DNA of 59,108 bases from NCBI GenBank assembly GCA_017448145.1, contig JAFSMA010000050.1, positions 1 through 59,108 of the forward strand. The letters are read 5' to 3'. The DNA comes from Oscillospiraceae bacterium (GTDB lineage Bacteria; Bacillota; Clostridia; Oscillospirales; Oscillospiraceae). Both the position numbers and the translations under genes were made by a program. The notes under the pieces were generated by a model, which was not told the DNA's origin, ran no database searches, and was given only the letters and a program-made list of their open reading frames with translations. Shown one piece after another: positions 29,755 to 39,274 of the stretch. Every line of letters begins with the position of its first letter. The stretch's first letter is position 1.

Positions 29755-29841
29755 AATCACTTCTCCTTAAAATGAATAATGTGAGTGGGATAGGTACGGC
29801 AGGCCCGGAGCGGCGAGGCGGCCGCCCCGGGCGCAGTTTAC

Positions 29842-30894
29842 TCAGCAATACTTCTCGTCGAACAGCTTACGCAGCTTGGGATTCTCACGCAGCACGTCCA
29901 GGGTGATCTGGGCGTGGTTCTTGGTGTAGCCGTTGCCCACGATCATGGTGACATCCTTGCCGATACCCTCGGCGCCCAGGGCGGCCTTGGTGAAGGAGGT
30001 GGCCATGGAGAAGAAGTACACCAGGCCGTCGTCGCGGACGGGCAGGATGGCGGACATCTCGCAGGACTCGATGTTGACGCAGCAGATGGACAGGTCGTAC
30101 TCCTTGCCGCCGGTGACCTTCAGGGCCTCTTCCATCACCTCAACGGGCTTGGTGCAGTCGGCCACGATGACGTCGGTGTACACGCCCAGCTCCAGCAGAG
30201 CGGGAACCTGCTTGGGGTTGCGGACAACGCCCACCACCTTGCCGTTGGGGCCCACCTTCTTCATGGCCTCCCAGCCGCACAGCACGCCGGACTTGCCGTT
30301 GGCGCCCAGGATCAGGACGTTGTCGCCCTCGTGGGGCAGCTTGCGGGCCTGGGCGGGAGCGCCGGCCACGTCCAGAGCGGCCAGGGCCAGAGGCTCGGAC
30401 ATATCCTCGGGCATCTTGCAGTACAGGGCGGACTCGAACAGGATGGCCTTGCCGATGATGTCCACGCGGTCGATCTCCTTGTGGATGGCCAGGATCTTGT
30501 CAATCTTCAGGGGGGTCATGGACAGGGACACCAGGGAGACGATCTTGTCGCCTTCCTTCAGGTCGAAGCCGGGCTTCTTCTTCAGGTCCTCGCCGATGTG
30601 GGCCACAACGCCCTTGAACATACCGCCGGAGCCGGTGACAGGGTTCTGCTGCTTGCCGCGCTCGGCCACGATGCCCATGATCATCTCGCCGATCTTCTTC
30701 TCGTCGCCGCCGCAGGCGTCGGAGATCTGGGTGAAGGAGGCGGAGTCGATGTTCAGGGAGGTCACGTCGCAGACGATCTCGTTGGAGTAGACCTTGGACA
30801 TATCGTTGTCGATTTTCCAGGCAGCCTGGGTCAGAACGCCCTTGGGCTCGATCACGCGGTGGGTACCGTACTTGTTGCCTTTCAGCTCAGCCAT
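29842..30894 (-). CDS. kdd: L-erythro-3,5-diaminohexanoate dehydrogenase
   Basis: GNKYGTHRVIEPKG, LNIDSASF, QNPVTGSGG, ALDVAGAP. Confidence 0.93.
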   Translation of the reverse strand: MAELKGNKYGTHRVIEPKGVLTQAAWKIDNDMSKVYSNEIVCDVTSLNIDSASFTQISDACGGDEKKIGEMIMGIVAERGKQQNPVTGSGGMFKGVVAHIGEDLKKKPGFDLKEGDKIVSLVSLSMTPLKIDKILAIHKEIDRVDIIGKAILFESALYCKMPEDMSEPLALAALDVAGAPAQARKLPHEGDNVLILGANGKSGVLCGWEAMKKVGPNGKVVGVVRNPKQVPALLELGVYTDVIVADCTKPVEVMEEALKVTGGKEYDLSICCVNIESCEMSAILPVRDDGLVYFFSMATSFTKAALGAEGIGKDVTMIVGNGYTKNHAQITLDVLRENPKLRKLFDEKYC

Positions 30895-30941
30895 TGTAAT
30901 AATCCTCCTAAAATTGTTTTTATATGAATGGTTTGACGAAC

Positions 30942-31769
30942 TTACTGCAGGGGCTTGAGGGAGAGAATCTCGCGGGCCTCGGCGGGGGTGGCGATTTCGC
31001 GGCCCAGCTCCTTGGCCAGGCGCACCACCTTGGCCACCAGCTCGCCGTTGGAGGCGGCCTTCTGGCCCTTGCCCAAGTACACGTTGTCCTCGAAGCCCAC
31101 GCGGACGTTGCCGCCCATGGCGATACCGGCAGCGGCCATGGTCCAGGCACTGCGGCCCACGCCGGTGACGGTCCAGGTGGAGCCGGCGGGGATCTTGTTC
31201 ACCAGGAACCACAGGTTCTCCACGGTGGCGGGGGTGCAGCCGTTGACGCCCAGCACGAAGTTGAACTGCATGGGGGCGCCGGGCACCTCACCCTTGCGGG
31301 CCATGGTGAGAATGGTATCCAGGTGGCCGATCTCGAAGCACTCATACTCGGGCTTGATGCCGTTCTCAATCATGCGCTTGCCGAAGGCCCGCATGGTGGG
31401 CATGGTGTTGTCGAAGATCTCGTCGCCGAAGTTGCAGGTGCCGCAGTCCAGGGTGGCCATCTCGGGGAACAGCTCGGTGGGCTGCAGACGCTCCTCGGGG
31501 CTCATGCCGGTGGCGCCGCCGGTGGAGGGAATCATGATGACATCGGGCAGCTCCTTGCGGATGGCGTCCATCACCACGCGGAAACGCTCCCGATCCTGGG
31601 TGGGGGTGCCGTCGTCCTCACGGACGTGGATATGCAGGATGGCTGCGCCGGCCTCGTAGGCGGACTTGGCCTCGCGGACCATCTCCTCTACGGTGTAGGG
31701 CACAGCGGGGTTGGAGGCCTTGGTGACCTCGGCGCCGCAGATGGCGGCGGTGATAATCAGCTTCTCCAT
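30942..31769 (-). CDS. kce: 3-keto-5-aminohexanoate cleavage enzyme
   Basis: KLIITAAICGAE, HIHVR, STGG, RVGFEDN. Confidence 0.93.
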   Translation of the reverse strand: MEKLIITAAICGAEVTKASNPAVPYTVEEMVREAKSAYEAGAAILHIHVREDDGTPTQDRERFRVVMDAIRKELPDVIMIPSTGGATGMSPEERLQPTELFPEMATLDCGTCNFGDEIFDNTMPTMRAFGKRMIENGIKPEYECFEIGHLDTILTMARKGEVPGAPMQFNFVLGVNGCTPATVENLWFLVNKIPAGSTWTVTGVGRSAWTMAAAGIAMGGNVRVGFEDNVYLGKGQKAASNGELVAKVVRLAKELGREIATPAEAREILSLKPLQ

Positions 31770-31784
31770 TCTCTCTGCCCTGCC

Positions 31785-32186
31785 TTACTTCTCAATGGGC
31801 TTGCGCTGGCAGTCCTTGGGGGTGACGCAGGTGCCGTGGGCGCGGCAGACCACGATGGGCTCGGCCAGAACGTCGGCAGCGGAGGCGCTGATGTCGGGGC
31901 GGGAGACGATGACCTTGCGGGCCTCGAACTTCATGGTGCGGGAGGTGTTGCCGATCTTCTCGATCTCGCCGTAGGCCTCGATGTAGTCGCCGGCATAGAC
32001 GGGAGCCAGGAACTCGATGTTGTCGTAAGCGCAGAACAGGCCCTCATCGCCGTCGCACATGATGAGGAGCTCGGTGGCCACGTCGCCGAACAGGTGCACC
32101 ATGTGGGCGCCGTCCACCAGATTGCCGCCGTAGTGGGCGTCCTTGGCGCTCATGCGCAGCCGCAGCAGGGATGTCATCTTTTCCAT
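31785..32186 (-). CDS. kal: 3-aminobutyryl-CoA ammonia lyase
   Basis: Hotdog fold: [29 protein letters not shown]; AAGGAGG RBS. Confidence 0.93.
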   Translation of the reverse strand: MEKMTSLLRLRMSAKDAHYGGNLVDGAHMVHLFGDVATELLIMCDGDEGLFCAYDNIEFLAPVYAGDYIEAYGEIEKIGNTSRTMKFEARKVIVSRPDISASAADVLAEPIVVCRAHGTCVTPKDCQRKPIEK

Positions 32187-32260
32187 AGTAGTTTCCTCCT
32201 TAAAAAAATTCTGACAAAATGGTTGCTGACGCTTCGACAGGGACTGACGAACCCCCGTCA

Positions 32261-32309
32261 AAAATAACAAAAGGGCGCCATCGGTCACTGCTATGACCAA
32301 TAGCGCTCC
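32261..32309 (-). terminator. Riboswitch-controlled terminator overlapping the aptamer P1 strand
   Basis: Minus GCGCTATTGGTCA-TAGCAG-TGACCGATGGCGC-CC-TTTTGTTATTTTT. Confidence 0.75.
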
Positions 32310-32465
32310 ATGTCACAAAGGGCATGACAACAGTGCCGCTTACACGGCGCTGCCAAGGACGCGGCTCGGGCACGCCGCCTCCCTTCGGCGGAGCGCCCCT
32401 TCCCTGCCGGCCATCAAGGGCCGTACCTCATCCGACAGGTACCCTGCACTCCGCGCCTCTATTGC
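32297..32465 (-). ncRNA. Lysine riboswitch (L-box)
   Basis: CAATAGAGGCGCG...GAAGGGG...GCCGAA...ACTGT...GGAGCGCTATTG; P1 CAATAG/CTATTG; upstream of the lysine catabolic operon. Confidence 0.9.
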
Positions 32466-32562
32466 ATATATCGAATTGTCTACACCCAAAATTATAGCTT
32501 TTTTCCCGCTTTTGTCAAGGCGATTTCCCGGATTAACCTCAATAACTTTTTGGCAATCAAAT

Positions 32563-32591
32563 AAAAATTTCGCCCCGCAGAGCGGGGCGAA
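32563..32591 (-). terminator. Terminator after kamC
   Basis: Minus TTCGCCCCGC-TCT-GCGGGGCGAA-ATTTTT. Confidence 0.7.
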
Positions 32592-32626
32592 GGGGGAAAT
32601 ATTATGTCAATCTGCACAGAAAGAGC

Positions 32627-34087
32627 TTAATAGCCCTGCTCTATCTTGTCTAAAATCTCCGGCTTGAGGGAGAGCATGCGGCAGATGTTGAGAGCGTCCC
32701 GGGGGCAGTCGGACTTGCCCTCCACCCGGTAGAGGCCGTAGTTCATATGGCGGGCGATAACGGCCACGCCGTCCTCGCCGGTGACGGAGAGTTCCCGCCG
32801 GATGGCCTGGGGATCCACGTCCCGGAGGCCGATGATCTGATAGTGGGCCCGGGCGCAGTCGGCCACCTTGTCGTAGTGGGTGGTGAGCAGGGAGATGGCG
32901 TGGACGCCGTTCAGGTACCGGGTGACGGCCTGGACGATGACGGCGCCCTCGTCGGGGTTGGTGCCCCGGGCAAACTCATCCAGCAGGAACAGGGAGTAGC
33001 CCTGCTCCACCTCGTTCAGGGCCTTTTCAAACTGGACGATCTCGCTGCCGAAGCCGCTGAGGCCGGACTGGATGGACTGGAGGTCATCAAAGAGCATCTT
33101 CACCGTGTGGAACAAGGGCATCCTGGCCTCCCGGGCACACACCAGGAAACCGGCGTGAAGCAGCAGCACGTTCAGGGCCACCGTCTTCATAGCCACAGAC
33201 TTACCGCCCATGTTGGCGCCGGTGATGACGGTGGCGCCCTGATCCAGGGCCACAGACACGGGCACGAAGGCCCGGTGCTGCTCTGAGAGCAGATCCACCA
33301 GCTCCGGGTTCACCATGTCGGTGAGGGTCAACTCCGTGTCGGTAATGGTGGGGCGGACGCCGCCGTAGCGCACGGCGAACAGGGCCTTTTGCAAAATGAA
33401 GTCCAGACGGCCCACCGACTCGGCGTCGGCCAGCAAGTCCTCCGCCAAAGGGGCCAGGGCGGCGCCCATGGCGCGGCGCACCTTCATCTCCTCGCTCTCC
33501 TCCTCGGCGCAGATGCGGGTGCGCTTGAGGCGCAGGTCGTCCTTTTCCCCGTCGGTGAGGGCATGGTAGAGGTGCTCCTCCACGTCCTTCTTGGCCCGGC
33601 GAATCTCTTTCAGGCGGGCGGTGGCGCTGTCGGGGATGTAGAAGCCACGGCTGCCGGTGGCCTCTGGGTCAAGAATGGCCAGGGCGGGGGCGGGATCGTG
33701 GAAGGACAAGTCCTCAAAATGCACCAGGGCGTCCGCCTGGGCGAACAGGGGGCGCAGCCCCTCCAGGCGCTGGAGGTAGCCTTTGATCTCAAACAGCTCC
33801 ACGTGGTCGGGGGTCTCCCCGTCACGGCAGCGGCGGAGGCTGGTGCGGATGTCCTTGATCTGGCACAGCAGCACCATGATTTTATCGTAGGTCTCTTTTA
33901 ACTCCCCTGCGGCGCTGGCGCAGCGCGCCACGTTGCCCAGCTCCACGTCCAGCTCGTCACGCTCCGCCGGGGTGTAAAACCGCAGCTTCCGGATTTTCTC
34001 CTGGCCGAAGGGGGAGCAGCCGTGTAGGGTCTCCAGGGCGTATTGCAGGCCGATTTTCACTTTTTCATCAAAGGTGACGGTAATCAT
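32627..34087 (-). CDS. kamC: MutS-domain ATPase, lysine 5,6-aminomutase reactivase KamC-like
   Basis: GANMGGKS Walker A, LLDEFARGT Walker B, TTHY; no mismatch-binding domain; kam context. Confidence 0.8.
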   Translation of the reverse strand: MITVTFDEKVKIGLQYALETLHGCSPFGQEKIRKLRFYTPAERDELDVELGNVARCASAAGELKETYDKIMVLLCQIKDIRTSLRRCRDGETPDHVELFEIKGYLQRLEGLRPLFAQADALVHFEDLSFHDPAPALAILDPEATGSRGFYIPDSATARLKEIRRAKKDVEEHLYHALTDGEKDDLRLKRTRICAEEESEEMKVRRAMGAALAPLAEDLLADAESVGRLDFILQKALFAVRYGGVRPTITDTELTLTDMVNPELVDLLSEQHRAFVPVSVALDQGATVITGANMGGKSVAMKTVALNVLLLHAGFLVCAREARMPLFHTVKMLFDDLQSIQSGLSGFGSEIVQFEKALNEVEQGYSLFLLDEFARGTNPDEGAVIVQAVTRYLNGVHAISLLTTHYDKVADCARAHYQIIGLRDVDPQAIRRELSVTGEDGVAVIARHMNYGLYRVEGKSDCPRDALNICRMLSLKPEILDKIEQGY

Positions 34088-35013
34088 GTAAGCTCCTCCT
34101 TCACGTTGATCACCGGGGCGTCCACTGCCTCGGACATGGCCGCCATAAAGGCGTCTTTATCAAACCGCCAGCCGTAGGCGGACACAGGGTTCACGGTGAC
34201 GCACAGGGTACGGGCGGACTGGGCCGTTTCCAGGTGAACGTCCCGCAGGGCCAGCTTGTCCAGGGTATCGGCGGTGAGCAGCACGCGACTGGGATCCAGC
34301 ACCACGATGCGGCCCCGGCGCAGCACGCCGCTCTTCAGCAGCGGCACCACCATGGTGTCGGTGAGGGCGCCGGTGACCAGGGCTTCCCCGTTTTTCTTGA
34401 AGTCCTCCCCCAGGCTCTCCCCTGCCGGCGGAACGGTCTCCGCCTTGGGCAGATTCATGAGCCGGTAGATGTGGGCGGTGTCAGACACCACCTTTTCCAT
34501 GCTCATGTTGTAGCTGGCGCCGGTGCAGAGGATGACGCCCTCCGCCACAGCCCTGGCCCCCAGGCTCTTGCGGCCCAGAGCGCCGTCGATGACGGACTGG
34601 CAGGCACCCAGGTCGAAAAAGTGGCGGGACACGGTTTGGAGCTGGGTGGTGATGGAGGGCCCGGCCAGCTGGACGTAGCCGTCGCTGCGGGCGCGGAGGA
34701 TCACCACCTCGCCGATGGGGGTGGGGATGCCGGTGGTCATAACGATTTCCTTCGTCACGTCGCACAGCCGCAGCATATCCTTGGCGGTGGCGATCAGCGT
34801 ACCGGCGGGCACGTAGATGCTGGGCTTCTCCGTGCCGGTGACCACGTCGGTGGACTCGCCGTCGCGGCCGATGGAGGTCAGGCCCAGCACGCTGTCCCGG
34901 CGGCTGTGGCGCAAAAACCAGTTCAGCACCGTGGTTTTGCCCGCGTTCTTGCACATGCCCACGATGGACATGGTTTTCACGCTGTGCAGCTCCCGCAGCA
35001 GTTCGTCTGTCAT
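34084..35013 (-). CDS. kamB: KamB-like P-loop protein (reactivase partner)
   Basis: SIVGMCKNAGKTT, LTSIGRDGE, IDGALGRKS; overlaps the kamC start (ATGA). Confidence 0.75.
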   Translation of the reverse strand: MTDELLRELHSVKTMSIVGMCKNAGKTTVLNWFLRHSRRDSVLGLTSIGRDGESTDVVTGTEKPSIYVPAGTLIATAKDMLRLCDVTKEIVMTTGIPTPIGEVVILRARSDGYVQLAGPSITTQLQTVSRHFFDLGACQSVIDGALGRKSLGARAVAEGVILCTGASYNMSMEKVVSDTAHIYRLMNLPKAETVPPAGESLGEDFKKNGEALVTGALTDTMVVPLLKSGVLRRGRIVVLDPSRVLLTADTLDKLALRDVHLETAQSARTLCVTVNPVSAYGWRFDKDAFMAAMSEAVDAPVINVKEELT

Positions 35014-35160
35014 TCCAGCTCTCCCCTTCCTTCGTTTTGTTCCGAAATGATATGTTATCATACGCCGCCGAAAAAAGAAACCCCCGGCGGGCACATATTT
35101 TTGTCCTGTGGTGCAAATACTCCACAGGAACGATGGATCACGCACAAAGGAGGACGGGCC

Positions 35161-35844
35161 ATGATAACGGCGCTGGTGCGGACGGTGATACTCTACGCCG
35201 TGCTGATCGTAGGGCTGCGGCTGACGGGCAAGCGGCAGATCGGGCAACTGGAGCCCATTGAATTGGTGCTGACCATGCTCATCAGCGACCTGGCGGCGGT
35301 GCCCATGCAGGACTTCGGCATCCCGCTGGTGAACGGCCTCATCCCCATCGCCGCGCTGCTGGCCATGAGCACCATGCTCAGCGCCCTGAACCTGAAAAGC
35401 GTGCGGTTCCGGGCGCTGGTGTGCGGCCAGCCCGCCATCGTCATCCGGGAGGGGCGGCTGTGTCAGGACGTAATGCGCCGCAACCGGCTGACGCTGGACG
35501 AGGTGATGGAGGAGCTGCGCAGCCAGGGCGTGGGGGACTTGAAGACGGTGAAGTACGCCGTGCTGGAGACCACGGGCCACCTGTCGGTGCTGCCCTACAC
35601 CCACGAGCAGGGGGTGACGCCCAAGCAGCTGGGCCTCACGGTGGAGGACGACGTGTTTCTCCCGGTGGTGGTCATCAACGACGGGCGGGTGATGACCAAG
35701 GCGCTGGCCCGGCTGGGAAAGGACAGCGCGTGGCTGGGGCAGCAGCTCTCCGCCCAGGGGCTTGACAGGACGGAAGACGTATTCTTGCTGACGGTGGGGC
35801 AGGACGGCGCCGTGACGGTGGTAGCAAAGGAGGGGGCGGCATGA
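35161..35844 (+). CDS. DUF421 (YetF-like) membrane protein
   Basis: RLTGKRQIGQL, EELRSQG, AVLETTGHLSV. Confidence 0.85.
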   Translation: MITALVRTVILYAVLIVGLRLTGKRQIGQLEPIELVLTMLISDLAAVPMQDFGIPLVNGLIPIAALLAMSTMLSALNLKSVRFRALVCGQPAIVIREGRLCQDVMRRNRLTLDEVMEELRSQGVGDLKTVKYAVLETTGHLSVLPYTHEQGVTPKQLGLTVEDDVFLPVVVINDGRVMTKALARLGKDSAWLGQQLSAQGLDRTEDVFLLTVGQDGAVTVVAKEGAA

Positions 35845-36221
35845 GGGCGCTGCGCATCTCCGCCGCCGTGCTGGCGGCGCTGTTTATCGTATGTCTGGCG
35901 GCGGGAACGGCCATCAACCGGCGCTGCAACGGCTGGCAGCAGCAGCTGGCCCAGGCGGAAAGCAGCGCCGCCCACGGCCACTGGCGCCGGGCAGAGGCGC
36001 AGCTCACCGACTTGCAGCAGGACTGGCAAAGGGCCCAGGGGCCGCTGCATATGGTGATGGAGCACGCGGAAATCGACAAGGCCGCGTCGCTGTTGCAGCG
36101 CTGCCTGGTGGCCTGCGGGCAAAAAGACGCCGCGGCGCTGCGCGCCGCGGCGGTGGAATTGTCCATGCAACTGGGACACATTGCCGACATGGAACGGCTG
36201 AGCATGGAGAATATATTATAA
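35841..36221 (+). CDS. DUF4363-like protein
   Basis: N-terminal TM, HAEID, ERLSMENIL; coupled to the DUF421 gene. Confidence 0.7.
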   Translation: MRALRISAAVLAALFIVCLAAGTAINRRCNGWQQQLAQAESSAAHGHWRRAEAQLTDLQQDWQRAQGPLHMVMEHAEIDKAASLLQRCLVACGQKDAAALRAAAVELSMQLGHIADMERLSMENIL

Positions 36222-36229
36222 TGTGCGCC

Positions 36230-36685
36230 TTACTTCTCCTCCAAAATCTTGCTCAGCTCCGCCATGAAGGTGTTGATGTCCTTGAACTGGCGGTAGACGG
36301 AGGCGAAGCGGACGTAGGCCACCTCGTCGGCGGTTTTCAGCTTTTCCATCACCTTTTCGCCGATAACGTCGGTGCTGACCTCCCGCTCCAGAGAGTTCTG
36401 GATCTCCTGCTCGATCTCCATGGCCATGCGCTCCATGTCCGCCACAGACACGGGCCGCTTCTCGCAGGAGCGCTGGATGCCCCGCAGCACCTTGTTGCGG
36501 TCAAAGCTCTGGCGGCTGCCGTCCTTCTTGATGACCACCATGGGCAGGCTCTCCACCGTCTCATAGGTGGTGAAGCGCTTCTCGCACTGGAGGCACTCCC
36601 GGCGGCGGCGGATGCTGGCGCCCTCGTCGGCGGGGCGGGAATCCACCACTTTGCTCTCTTTATAGCCACAATAGGGACATCTCAT
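36230..36685 (-). CDS. nrdR: Transcriptional repressor NrdR
   Basis: MRCPYC...VVDSR...IRRRREC..C..RFTTYE, ATP cone, [10 protein letters not shown]. Confidence 0.97.
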   Translation of the reverse strand: MRCPYCGYKESKVVDSRPADEGASIRRRRECLQCEKRFTTYETVESLPMVVIKKDGSRQSFDRNKVLRGIQRSCEKRPVSVADMERMAMEIEQEIQNSLEREVSTDVIGEKVMEKLKTADEVAYVRFASVYRQFKDINTFMAELSKILEEK

Positions 36686-36955
36686 CTCTCTGTACCCTCC
36701 GTATTCCGCGGTGCGATCCCGCTTAGTTGACATAATTATAGCACATTCCGTCAAAATGTGGTAGTGTTTTTTTCACTTTTTACGCAAAATATGGCGGTTT
36801 TTACGCCACACCCTTTCGATGCTTCGTTCATAGGATGGTACAGGGCGGAGAAAACCACTCCTTACGGAGTATAAAACAGGCAGCGGCGTGGCAAAATGCC
36901 AATGACCTGAATGAACCAAGCGGGTACTTCTCATCGGCGGAGTGTGAAGGAAACA

Positions 36956-37321
36956 GTGGATACAAATGTGAAACGCGGCGAAATATACTACGCCGACCTG
37001 AGCCCGGTGGTGGGCAGCGAGCAGGGCGGAATCCGGCCTGTGCTGATCGTGCAGAACGACACCGGCAACCGCCACAGCCCCACCGTGATCGCGGCGGCCA
37101 TCACCTCCCAGTTGGGCAAGGCCAAGCTGCCTACCCACATCTCCCTGAAGGCCCAGAGCTACGGGCTGCCCAAGGAGTCGGTGGTGCTGCTGGAGCAGAT
37201 ACGCACGCTGGATAAGCGGCGGCTGCGGGAGCGGATGGGCCAGGTGGACGGCGCCGTGATGGAAAAGGTGGACGCCGCCATCGCCGTCAGCTTCGGCCTG
37301 CGGCCACCTACGCTCATTTGA
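36956..37321 (+). CDS. mazF: PemK/MazF (EndoA) endoribonuclease toxin
   Basis: KRGEIYYADLSPVVGSEQGGIRPVLIVQND, LLEQIRTLDK; GTG start inferred. Confidence 0.93.
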   Translation: MDTNVKRGEIYYADLSPVVGSEQGGIRPVLIVQNDTGNRHSPTVIAAAITSQLGKAKLPTHISLKAQSYGLPKESVVLLEQIRTLDKRRLRERMGQVDGAVMEKVDAAIAVSFGLRPPTLI

Positions 37322-37361
37322 AAAAACCGGCGGGCCTTTGGGCCCGCCGGATCACTATCTG

Positions 37362-37694
37362 TTATTGCGGCAATGTGTCCATATACTCGCCAAACAGCAA
37401 TCGCAGATAATCCTGCCGCGCATCAATGATTCTGGCAACGAACACAGTGTCATTTTCAATTCTGTACAGGGCGATATGTTTGCCGCACAGAAGCAGACGC
37501 AGCTCTGACTGGAATCCGGTAAGGGCCTCCACAGACGGTCCCTGTGCCGGGAACCGCTCCAGCGTGCGCAGCTCCTTCAAGATGGCGGCGACGATTCTCC
37601 CTGCGGCAGCCGGATTTTTCAGCTCCAGGGCGATATATTGTTTGATTTGCGCCAAATCTCTGGATGCCTCCGGGGAGAGAAACACCTTACTCAT
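37362..37694 (-). CDS. RelE/ParE family toxin
   Basis: VFLSPEASRDLAQIKQYI...NPAAA...FPAQG...YRI...VARII. Confidence 0.85.
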   Translation of the reverse strand: MSKVFLSPEASRDLAQIKQYIALELKNPAAAGRIVAAILKELRTLERFPAQGPSVEALTGFQSELRLLLCGKHIALYRIENDTVFVARIIDARQDYLRLLFGEYMDTLPQ

Positions 37695-38010
37695 GGGCCG
37701 CTCCCAGCTGCGCCGACACCTGGTCCAGCGTCAGCCAGCCCTCCTGCTCGGCGGAATCCCAGCCCTTCTGGGCCTCGTCCAGCAGGCGGCGCATGGCTTT
37801 CGCCTTCATAAAGGCGGCATTTTCAGGAGAGGCCAGGAAGGGCAGGCCGTTATCATTCAGAGACTGCTGCAAAAAGATGTTGATGGCGTCGGTAAGTGTG
37901 AGGCCCTGGTTGGCATAGACAGCCTCCACCCGGCGCTTTATCTCCGGGTTGACACGCATCTGGAACGTGGCGGTTTTGGGGGCGGTAACGATGTTGATAT
38001 TCTGCTCCAT
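37687..38010 (-). CDS. RelB/DinJ family antitoxin
   Basis: TATFQMRVNPEIK...GLTLTDAINIFL...GLPF RHH signature; overlaps the toxin start. Confidence 0.87.
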   Translation of the reverse strand: MEQNINIVTAPKTATFQMRVNPEIKRRVEAVYANQGLTLTDAINIFLQQSLNDNGLPFLASPENAAFMKAKAMRRLLDEAQKGWDSAEQEGWLTLDQVSAQLGAAHE

Positions 38011-38031
38011 GTCCATCATCTCCTTAGGCTT

Positions 38032-38075
38032 ATCATATCCCACCGGCCTCATTTTGTCAATACATTGTCATTACA
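38032..38075 (-). promoter_or_regulatory. Sigma-A promoter and probable operator of the TA pair
   Basis: Minus TTGACA-N17-TATGAT; imperfect dyad GTAATGACAATGTATTGAC overlapping the -35. Confidence 0.6.
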
Positions 38076-38103
38076 AAAAATGGTACAAAGCCCCGGCAGG
38101 CGA

Positions 38104-39273
38104 TCAGAACCGCAGCAGCAGTTCCCGCTCCACTACCTTGCCACCCCGGAGATAGAGCCGGGGCACACGCTTGCTGACGGCGCACAGCAGCTCATAGGGA
38201 ATGGTGCCGGCGATGGACGCCAGGTTTTCCACCGGGTTCTCCGGGCCGAAAATCTGGATTTCATCCCCCACCTGGACATGGGGGGCGTCGGTGAGATCCA
38301 CCATGCACATATCCATGCAGATGCGGCCCCGCTGGGGCACGGCACCGTCGGCGCTCATAAGGGTGCAGCGGCTGGAAAGGCTGCGGAAGAAGCCGTCGGC
38401 ATAGCCGTAGGGCAGTACGCCCATGCGGGTGGTGCGCTCCGTGGTGAACATACGGCCATAGCTGATGTCGGTGCCGCTCTCGTAGGTCTTGATGGTGCTG
38501 ACGGTGGTTTTCAGCCGCATAGCAGGGCGCAGGCCCAGCTCGGCAGCGCCGTCGCCGCAGCCGTACAGCAATATGCCGGGGCGCACCATATCCAGGGCCA
38601 TTTCCGGGTAATGGACCACGGCGCCGGAGTTGGCGCAGTGGCGAATGGCGAAGGCGTGGCCCAGGCGCTGCTCCACGGCCCGGATGACCCGGCAGAACAG
38701 GTCGTACTGCGCACGGGTGTAGCGTTCACAGTCCTCCCCCGGCTCGTCAGACACGGCGAAGTGGGTGAAAATGCCCTCGGTCTCCAGGCCCGGCAGGGCG
38801 CAGTCCCGGCAGATGCTGTCCACGCCGGTGTCGAAATGGGGGCCCTGGCAGAGGTAGCCCAGGCGGGACATGCCGGTGTCCACCTTGATATGCACCTTCA
38901 GCGTGCCGCCCAGGCGGACGGCCTCGGCGCTGTACTCCACCGCCTTGGCCTGGCAGGTGACGGCCTGGGTGATGTGCAGTTCCATCAGTCGCCCCACCTG
39001 CTCCTTGGGGGTGTGGCCCAAAATCAGGATGGGCATGGTGATGCCGTTATTGCGCAGCTCCATAGCCTCGTCCATGGAGCTGACAGCCAGATAGTCAGCC
39101 CCTTTCTCCTGCAACACACGGCTGACCATCACGGAGCCGTGGCCGTAGGCGTCGGCCTTTACCGCGCCCAGGAACTTGACGTTTTGCCCCATGCGGCGGC
39201 GCAGCACGTCGTAATTGTGGGCGATGGCGTCCAAATCCACCTCGGCCCATGTTCTCTTTAGTGTCGATTCCAT
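38104..39273 (-). CDS. alr: Alanine racemase
   Basis: AVKADAYGHG, HIKVDTGMSRLG, GYADG, GRICMD, TIPYE. Confidence 0.96.
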   Translation of the reverse strand: MESTLKRTWAEVDLDAIAHNYDVLRRRMGQNVKFLGAVKADAYGHGSVMVSRVLQEKGADYLAVSSMDEAMELRNNGITMPILILGHTPKEQVGRLMELHITQAVTCQAKAVEYSAEAVRLGGTLKVHIKVDTGMSRLGYLCQGPHFDTGVDSICRDCALPGLETEGIFTHFAVSDEPGEDCERYTRAQYDLFCRVIRAVEQRLGHAFAIRHCANSGAVVHYPEMALDMVRPGILLYGCGDGAAELGLRPAMRLKTTVSTIKTYESGTDISYGRMFTTERTTRMGVLPYGYADGFFRSLSSRCTLMSADGAVPQRGRICMDMCMVDLTDAPHVQVGDEIQIFGPENPVENLASIAGTIPYELLCAVSKRVPRLYLRGGKVVERELLLRF

Positions 39274-39274
39274 A

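Noticed and set aside
28450-29835. GC-rich hairpins flanking kamA (about 28455-28491 and 29802-29832)
   Set aside because: No U tract or repeat partner; likely routine mRNA-stability stems inside the operon.
32627-34087. MutS mismatch-repair or MutS2 gene
   Set aside because: Too short, lacks mismatch-binding and Smr domains; kam context fits KamC.
29842-35604. Long N-terminal extensions in the ORF track for kdd, kal and kamB (also pheS, trmB, ymfH)
   Set aside because: Good RBS-linked downstream starts exist; the extensions run through riboswitches or neighbouring genes.
36835-37215. 126-aa ORF as the MazF antitoxin
   Set aside because: Overlaps most of mazF out of frame, has no RHH or AbrB features and no clear RBS.
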